Below are positions 57,442 to 64,000 of a DNA stretch of 64,000 nucleotides, in pieces. Made by a program: the position numbers and the translations under genes. The stretch is taken from positions 3,504,507 through 3,568,506 of the forward strand of contig OY759598.1 of NCBI GenBank assembly GCA_963662435.1. Direction: 5' to 3'. The first letter of the stretch is position 1. The number at the start of each line of letters is the position of its first letter. This stretch comes from Dehalococcoidia bacterium. GTDB lineage: Bacteria > Chloroflexota > Dehalococcoidia > Lucifugimonadales > VXLM01. The notes under the pieces are model-generated. The model saw nothing but the letters and a program-made list of their open reading frames with translations, did no database searches and was not told the DNA's origin.

Positions 57442-57540
57442 CCAAGAGCGGTTCAATGAAACACGTTCGCCCTGAGCTTGTCGAAGGGCAATTCTCCGCC
57501 AACACATGTAGCTTTGAGGTGATTTCTAAAGACCCTCAAC

Positions 57541-58566
57541 CTAGAGGTTGACCCTCCCCTCGCCCGTCGCCCGGACGACCTCGCCCACAACACGGCCCTC
57601 TGGCGCCAGCGAGCACACTTGCTCTGCCTTCTCCCGGTCGCAGACAAGCACCATGCCCAGCCCCATGTTGAAGACGTGGTACATCTCGTCCGCGTCAATA
57701 TCCGTCATCTCCTGCAACAAGGTGAAGATTGGCGTGACGGTCCACGTGGATGGGTCGAAGTCAGCGCCGAGCCCGTCGGGCAGAATGCGCGGGACGTTGT
57801 CCCTGAGACCGCCGCCTGTGACATGTGCCATCCCTTTCAAAAGCCCAAGTGCCCGTCGCACAACGGGATAGTACGCGGTATGCGGTTGTAGCAGGGCCTG
57901 TCCAATGGTGCCGCCCAACTCGTCATGATGCTCGAATAGCGGCGAGGAGTCTTCGTCGAGGCCAAGTGCGTGTCGAACGAGCGAGAAGCCGTTGGTGTGC
58001 AGACCATTCGATGGTATGCCGACAAGGACATCGCCCTGTCGGATCGTTGACCCATCCAGCATGGCGTCCTTTTCGACGACGCCAACTGCGAATCCCGACA
58101 GGTCGAACTCGTCCTTCGCGAAGAGGCCGGGAAGCTCTGATGTCTCGCCGCCGATGAGTGCGCACCCGTTCTCGGTGCAGGCCGCAACAATCCCTCGCAC
58201 GATCTCCTCTGCCAGGTCGGCGCTCATTTTGCCGGTGGCCAGGTAGTCGAGGAAGAACAATGGTTCGGCGCCCGCGACGATGATGTCGTTGACGCACGCG
58301 TTGACGACGTCGCGCCCGAGATTCTCGTACTGTTCCATCGCAAGGGCGATCTTGAGCTTTGTACCGACGTTGTCTGTACCCGAAACGAGGACGGGCTGCC
58401 GATATCCGGAAAGCTCGAACAGTCCGCCGAATCCTCCCACTCCGCCGAGAACCTCCGGCCCGTGCGTTGTGGCGGCAAGCGCTTTGATGCGTTGCTTGGC
58501 GGCATCTGCCGCGTCGAAGTCGACTCCGGCGTCCTTGTAGGTCTGTCCAGACTGAGGCCGTGACAT
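57541..58566 (-). CDS. purM: Phosphoribosylformylglycinamidine cyclo-ligase
   Basis: YKDAGVD, GGFGGLF, PLFFLDY, GGETSE, SNGLHTNG, HVTGGG, FNMGLG. Confidence 0.97.
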   Translation of the reverse strand: MSRPQSGQTYKDAGVDFDAADAAKQRIKALAATTHGPEVLGGVGGFGGLFELSGYRQPVLVSGTDNVGTKLKIALAMEQYENLGRDVVNACVNDIIVAGAEPLFFLDYLATGKMSADLAEEIVRGIVAACTENGCALIGGETSELPGLFAKDEFDLSGFAVGVVEKDAMLDGSTIRQGDVLVGIPSNGLHTNGFSLVRHALGLDEDSSPLFEHHDELGGTIGQALLQPHTAYYPVVRRALGLLKGMAHVTGGGLRDNVPRILPDGLGADFDPSTWTVTPIFTLLQEMTDIDADEMYHVFNMGLGMVLVCDREKAEQVCSLAPEGRVVGEVVRATGEGRVNL

Positions 58567-59975
58567 CAGACTTCGAGGGCCAGCTTGTCCATTTCGAGCT
58601 GTACGGGAACAGGCTGGTTGCCGGTAAAGCACGCCATGCAGTTGCGGTCCTCGGTCGACCCAACGGCCCGCAGCAGACCCTCGTTGCTGAGATAACCCAG
58701 GGAGTCTGCACCCACGATAGCGGGGATCTCGTTAACACCCTTATTCGAGGCGATTAGCTCCGCGCGGGTGGGAAAGTCCACGCCGAGGTGGCAGGGGTGC
58801 TTGATAGGTGGCGAGGCTATCCTCAGGTGCACTTCTCTCGCGCCGCCGCGCCGTAGCATGGCCACGATCTGGGCTTGCGTCGTCCCTCGAACGATCGAGT
58901 CGTCTACAACGACGAGCCGCTTGCCCTCGATGTTTTCCAGCAGCGGGTTGTACTTCATGCGCGCGCCCATGTCTCGCAGGCGCTGGTCCGGGAGAATGAA
59001 CGTGCGTCCGACGTAACGGTTCTTTATAAGGCCCTCGCCGAAGGGTATGCCTGACTCCCCGGCGTAGCCCATGGCGGCGTGAATTGCGGTGTCGGGCACT
59101 CCTATCACGAGATCGGCGTCGACGGGGTGCTCTTTTGCGAGCTGTTCCCCCATCACCTTGCGGCTGTTATATACGAGACGTCCTTCGAGAACGCTGTCGG
59201 GGCGTGCCATGTAGATGTGCTCGAAGATACAGGGGGCTCGCGCATTATCGGTCATCCTGCGGCTCACGGTGCGGAGGCCGTCGGCGTCGATTGCGACCAC
59301 CTCGCCGGGATGCACGTCCCTTATGAACTCGGCCCCAATCTGGTCCAGCGCGCACGTCTCGGAAGCGATAACCCATCCACCGTTGAGCTTGCCGATGCAA
59401 AGAGGGCGGACGCCCAAGGGATCGCGTATCCCGTACACGGTATTTTTCGTCATCATGGTCAGCGAATACGCGCCTTCGAGCCTGCCCATTGCGTAGACGA
59501 TGCGCTCCTCCAGCGTGGGCTGAGGGGCGTGCATCATCAGGTGCGCGATGACCTCCGAGTCGCTGGTGGACTTGAATTCAACGCCCCAGGACTCGAGCTC
59601 CAAGCGGAGATTCCTGGCGTTTACGATGTTGCCGTTGTGAGCGAGGGCGATCTCTTCGTCGTCGTTGCCCTCGGAGAAGATTGGCTGGCAGTTCTCGATA
59701 GTGCTCCGGCCGGTTGTGGAGTAACGGGTGTGTCCGATTCCCAAGTGGCCGGGCAGAAGGACGAGGTCTTCCTCGACAAACGCCTGGGTGATGAGGCCCA
59801 TCGCCGTCCGGCACCTGATCTGCGTACCGTCGCCCGTCGCGATTCCGGCGCTCTCCTGACCGCGATGCTGAAGCGCATGGAGGCCAAAGTAGGTGGTACG
59901 GGCCGCGTCCTCTCCTGGCAGGTATGCTCCAACGATGCCGCAGGCTTCACGCGGACGATCCGTCGGAAAGGACAT
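58566..59975 (-). CDS. purF: Amidophosphoribosyltransferase
   Basis: EACGIVG, LQHRGQE, GHTRYST, NRYVGRTFI, VDDSIVRGTT. Confidence 0.98.
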   Translation of the reverse strand: MSFPTDRPREACGIVGAYLPGEDAARTTYFGLHALQHRGQESAGIATGDGTQIRCRTAMGLITQAFVEEDLVLLPGHLGIGHTRYSTTGRSTIENCQPIFSEGNDDEEIALAHNGNIVNARNLRLELESWGVEFKSTSDSEVIAHLMMHAPQPTLEERIVYAMGRLEGAYSLTMMTKNTVYGIRDPLGVRPLCIGKLNGGWVIASETCALDQIGAEFIRDVHPGEVVAIDADGLRTVSRRMTDNARAPCIFEHIYMARPDSVLEGRLVYNSRKVMGEQLAKEHPVDADLVIGVPDTAIHAAMGYAGESGIPFGEGLIKNRYVGRTFILPDQRLRDMGARMKYNPLLENIEGKRLVVVDDSIVRGTTQAQIVAMLRRGGAREVHLRIASPPIKHPCHLGVDFPTRAELIASNKGVNEIPAIVGADSLGYLSNEGLLRAVGSTEDRNCMACFTGNQPVPVQLEMDKLALEV

Positions 59976-60130
59976 CCTACCCCCTAGATTCCCGGCGCGG
60001 TCCAAATCCCAGACTGGGCAACCACTTGAAATTATAGGCGTGCAGTCTGGCAGGGTCAACGTCACTTCGAACTAGAGACCGGTCGTGAAACTTCCCAATG
60101 TTGGTCTGACGAACTACTGATTTCACCCCG

Positions 60131-61417
60131 TCAACCGTCGTTGCCCTTCAGCCTCGTCTGCGCGCGAATTGACGGCATCAGCAGACCGATAAGGAACAGG
60201 AGACAGAGACTCAGCCCCGCGATGATCGTGATCGCCATGGGAGCTCCCACGCGCTCTGCCAGCGCCCCGACGATCAGGGAACCCGCGGGACTGGTACCTA
60301 TCGCGAGGCTGATGACACCCAGCGCCTTGCCGCGCATTCCTGCCCGTGAGACCAGCATCACCACCGTCGCCTGCATGGTGGCGAATCCTGCCATGCCCAC
60401 TCCTAGTACGAGCAGCAGGGCGAGCGACAGGAAATAGACCTTGGAAAATGAGAATCCCAGCAGGCAGACCGACGCCGCCACCGAACCGCCGATGAAGATC
60501 AGTCCATGCCGCCGAACGTTGGTAGAGGAGGCGATAGCTATCGCCCCCGCAGACGCGCCAAGCCCGGCGACCGAGTCCATCATCCCCATGAGCGCGGGAC
60601 CGACTCCCAGGACATCGCGTGCGATCACGGGAATGAGGAACCGATACGGAAAGAACAGCACGTTCATAACGATGGTTATTAGAACGACGGCCAGCAGCGT
60701 GCGGTGCCGGAGGGTATATCGAACCCCCACGAGCAGTTCGAGGGCCATCCGACGTTTCACCGCTGACGCACGACTTCCGATATCTAGCCTCAGTGTCCAT
60801 ACCATCACCATCGAGACCACGGAGAAGCCCACAACCACGACGTACCCGCCTACCACGTCCACCTGGCTGATCAGGACTCCTGCAAGCGCCGGCCCGACCA
60901 TCGTGCTCGCGTTCATGCCAATCGAGTCGAGAGCCACGGCGTTCGTGACGCCACTGCTCCCCACGAGGTCGTGGATCATCGAACGTCGAGTCGGCAATTC
61001 GAGCGCCCATGCCGAACCCACGAGGGTTATCGTCACGTAGGCGTGCCAAAACTCTTCCTTGCCCATGACGAGAATGACCGCCATACCTATCGACGCCACA
61101 AAGCCGACCACCTGTGTCATACGGAGCAATTTGAGCCGGTCGAACCTGTCGGCAAGCACGCCGCTAAGGAGGCCCACGAAGAGCATCGGCGCGAGGGAGA
61201 AGAACCCGACAAGCGACACGAGAAACGCCGAATCGGTAAGTGTCAGCACCATCCACCCGAGCAACGTCATTTGCATCCAACGCGACAGCAGCGAGCAGAA
61301 GTTCGCGGGCCATAGAATGCGGTAGCTCGGATTTTGGAACGCCGCAAAGGTGCGCGGCAGCTTGGTGCGGTGGGGGAGCCTCACGCTACTGCCCGCCGAC
61401 ATGCGCAGCTCAGCCAA
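60131..61417 (-). CDS. MFS transporter
   Basis: About 12 hydrophobic segments; GVLADRFDR motif. Confidence 0.9.
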   Translation of the reverse strand: MAELRMSAGSSVRLPHRTKLPRTFAAFQNPSYRILWPANFCSLLSRWMQMTLLGWMVLTLTDSAFLVSLVGFFSLAPMLFVGLLSGVLADRFDRLKLLRMTQVVGFVASIGMAVILVMGKEEFWHAYVTITLVGSAWALELPTRRSMIHDLVGSSGVTNAVALDSIGMNASTMVGPALAGVLISQVDVVGGYVVVVGFSVVSMVMVWTLRLDIGSRASAVKRRMALELLVGVRYTLRHRTLLAVVLITIVMNVLFFPYRFLIPVIARDVLGVGPALMGMMDSVAGLGASAGAIAIASSTNVRRHGLIFIGGSVAASVCLLGFSFSKVYFLSLALLLVLGVGMAGFATMQATVVMLVSRAGMRGKALGVISLAIGTSPAGSLIVGALAERVGAPMAITIIAGLSLCLLFLIGLLMPSIRAQTRLKGNDG

Positions 61418-61550
61418 TCGACGGGCTCACCGCTTGCTTCGTACCCAATACGGGGACAAGCACATTCCGCGCTAAGGCCCGTTCGTGCTGAGCTTGTCGA
61501 AGCACAAGTGCAGCTTTCAAGAGAATCGGAAGCCAAGCTTGGGATGGCAC

Positions 61551-62045
61551 TCACGGCGATCTCTCCTGCCCGGGGTACACGGTCCATTGCACGGTCGCGA
61601 CAGCGGCCACTTCGTCAATGAGACAAAGTCTATTCTCGAGCTTGAGAGCATAGTAACCGTCGGTCGCGGCAATGAAAGCGTATCGCGACTCGTAGACGTA
61701 TTGTCCTTCGGTTTCTCGCGCGGTGATTTGCCATGGAGTGAGCGTTTGAAGAATGTTCCCGAATGGATCGACGAGACTTGGCACACCGCAAACGTGCCGG
61801 TCGTGTTTGTCCTGCCGGACTTCCACCAACACCTCAATCCGTTCGCTCAAACCAACCTCGACAGTCGACTGGTGGAAACCTGATTCGGCCAGGTCGAACG
61901 TTGCGGGAGGAAGCATCTTCGATTGGACCGAGGCATCCTCTTCCGGTTCCCCGCAGGCGATAATCCCTACCAGCACAACTGCCGCTAGAGAGCCGACGAA
62001 TATTCGGAGAATCGTAACGCCGAAGCAGTCATGGACCGGTCTCAT
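61551..62045 (-). CDS. Hypothetical lipoprotein
   Basis: Hydrophobic signal ending IIAC; beta-rich remainder (DGYYALKLEN); start uncertain. Confidence 0.55.
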   Translation of the reverse strand: MRPVHDCFGVTILRIFVGSLAAVVLVGIIACGEPEEDASVQSKMLPPATFDLAESGFHQSTVEVGLSERIEVLVEVRQDKHDRHVCGVPSLVDPFGNILQTLTPWQITARETEGQYVYESRYAFIAATDGYYALKLENRLCLIDEVAAVATVQWTVYPGQERSP

Positions 62046-62418
62046 TGATGCGTCCCGTCCCGCAGTGATGCCATTGATTGTAGTATGCAGTCACTACCAC
62101 AGAAAACGGGTTTACAGGTGTGCCAAGAGCCCGTTGCACCGTTGCTGAACTGAACCCTTGCAGATCCGGCACGATAGTCTGACATTCTTTTGAAAATAGC
62201 CGCCGTCCAATCTCCCCCACCGCCAACCCCAAACCGTCATTCGGCGTAGGCGGGAATCCAGTATTCGGATCCTGTCAGGCGAAACCCCCATTGGCATTCC
62301 AGGTGCTGAAGGTCGCCACCCTCATGACATATTCCTCACTCCGCGGCGCTACACTCGGAATGACTGAGATTTGGTGTTATGCAAAGTTCTCCTGAGGGTG
62401 AGACTGCGAATGATCTCC

Positions 62419-63999
62419 TCACTCCCGTACGCGAAAAATTCGCACGTCGCGGTTCTCGTATACCTGTTCGAGGGCTCCGTCAAAGCCGGAGTCAAACTTC
62501 GCCAGTCCTGCCGGAACGTAGTAGAGTCGCTCGACCTGTCCGAGATACACGTACTCGACGCCATAATCGCGCATGATGTCGAGTGCCTCTTTCGGGTCCG
62601 ACGTGTTGTATATGCGAGCGACCTGCGCGATGCGCCTAGGGACGGTTTCGCGGTGGTTCCAGCGCTGCTGCATCTGGTGCCATTCCCAGCCTGCTATGTT
62701 TGGCAGGCCGGTGTAGATCGAAACGCGTCCGCCCCAACGGTAGGTGGGCGTCACAGCTTCGAGCATCACGGGGGAGCCCTCGACATTCCGCTGAATCCAC
62801 CGGATGGCGTCGTAGTCTGCCGACAGGTCGATTGTCCCACGCTGGTCCGAGTGACGCTGGCCGTCCTGCATGTAGGCCATGCCGTCCAATGTGAGAGGCA
62901 GCGTCGTATCGAAGCGCCTGCTCAGCCTGTCCTGTGTCCCGAGTACCGGGTAGACGGACACACAAACTACGAGCACTGCCAAGCAGCCAAGCCATATCCT
63001 CTTTCCCTTCGGGAGTGTGTCGAGTGAGGTGCTCCGTCCATGCCAGAGTCTCCACAGGATGTATGCCGACGCCAGGGCCATCAGCACCCAGACCTGAAGG
63101 TAGAACTTGAAGACAGTGTTCATCCTGTCTATGTCGCCTTCCACCCGGACTATGTCCACTCCGATGATGACGAAGAAAGCCGTGAGAGCCATGAGAAGAA
63201 CGAACGCGGCCTGCGGGGCATCCCCGCGTGGGGACAGAGCTGCGCGCGCGCCTGCCGCAAGTGCCAGGACGAGGAGTGCGAACACGAACGGAATCGTGCT
63301 GCCGGTTATCTCGACGACCTTCAGCACGACCACGAGACCGATCAACGTGAGTCCCAGCACCACGAGCGATAGACGTACCGCGCCTATTCGCCTGAGATGA
63401 GTATCCATGTCGCTTGTTTCACCGGAGGGTGCTGACACCGCAGCGAGCTTGGAGAAGGGGCGCCACAGAATGCTGCCAATATCCGAAAGCCAGCTGCGCG
63501 ACTCGCTGACAAGGTACGAACCTATTGCGAATACGAACAGTCCCAGCATCAGAAGGAACTGCCAAAGGACTGTCTGATTTGTCGTGGCCTCGATGCTTGA
63601 AAAGGCCGTCTCGTAATTCAGATGATAGGGTAGGAAGATGATGAACCCAACAATGAATATCAGGACTCCCTTGACCGCCGCCTCGACCATTACAAGCAGG
63701 TTCAAGCCGCCGGTCCTCAGTATGGCGGCGAGCAGCACGGCAGCCGTGCTCAACAGCAGATAGGTCGGGTAGTCCCACGTGTTGATCGGTCGGAGCACGC
63801 CGACGGCGATGCCCAGCAGGGCTATTTGCGCGATGTCGGCAAGTCCCCACCCCTTTGAAGCCGACCGACCACTTCCCTGTCCTGCCCCCCTCGCCCTGAG
63901 TACGACCGCCAGCGCAACGCCAACGACGAGAATGGTGAAGGGTATCGCCATGAGGTGGGCGTGCAGGTCGGCGAACAGGAACGTGAAGTAGGGGAACTC
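62419..63999 (-). CDS. DUF2298 (Chlor_Arch_YYY-type) membrane protein, 5' part beyond the window
   Basis: Frame open to the edge (EFPYFTFLFADLHAHLM); NTWDYP, RMNTVFKFYLQVW, TLDGMAY, GWEWH. Confidence 0.85.
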   Translation of the reverse strand, partial: EFPYFTFLFADLHAHLMAIPFTILVVGVALAVVLRARGAGQGSGRSASKGWGLADIAQIALLGIAVGVLRPINTWDYPTYLLLSTAAVLLAAILRTGGLNLLVMVEAAVKGVLIFIVGFIIFLPYHLNYETAFSSIEATTNQTVLWQFLLMLGLFVFAIGSYLVSESRSWLSDIGSILWRPFSKLAAVSAPSGETSDMDTHLRRIGAVRLSLVVLGLTLIGLVVVLKVVEITGSTIPFVFALLVLALAAGARAALSPRGDAPQAAFVLLMALTAFFVIIGVDIVRVEGDIDRMNTVFKFYLQVWVLMALASAYILWRLWHGRSTSLDTLPKGKRIWLGCLAVLVVCVSVYPVLGTQDRLSRRFDTTLPLTLDGMAYMQDGQRHSDQRGTIDLSADYDAIRWIQRNVEGSPVMLEAVTPTYRWGGRVSIYTGLPNIAGWEWHQMQQRWNHRETVPRRIAQVARIYNTSDPKEALDIMRDYGVEYVYLGQVERLYYVPAGLAKFDSGFDGALEQVYENRDVRIFRVRE

Positions 64000-64000
64000 C

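Overview
GC-rich bacterial chromosome segment, most likely Chloroflexota (Dehalococcoidia/SAR202-like; inferred from the DUF2298-type gene, the RpoB/RpoC sequences and the gene mix, possibly a host/sponge-associated lineage). Core genes: apt, tRNA-Phe, tRNA-Gly, rpoB, rpoC, pcm, lysS, greA, rph, moeB-like and rhodanese genes, tmRNA, purH, purM, purF. These are interspersed with catabolic and transport genes, many REP-like palindromes and small MITEs, an expanded lipoprotein family, and a decaying island after the tmRNA. The most striking feature is at the left edge (1-1000, minus strand). An HNH endonuclease gene overlaps a stand-alone RAMP/Cas7-like gene, which is followed 5 nt after its stop by a non-coding array of 16 five-base GGY-NN units (fixed triplet plus variable dinucleotide) closed by a strong hairpin. 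No CRISPR array or other cas gene is present in the window. This looks like a minimal, non-CRISPR, repeat-programmed RNA-guided system (VIPR-like architecture as I recall it), here with a candidate HNH partner. All protein calls are by motif recognition; no database searches were run.
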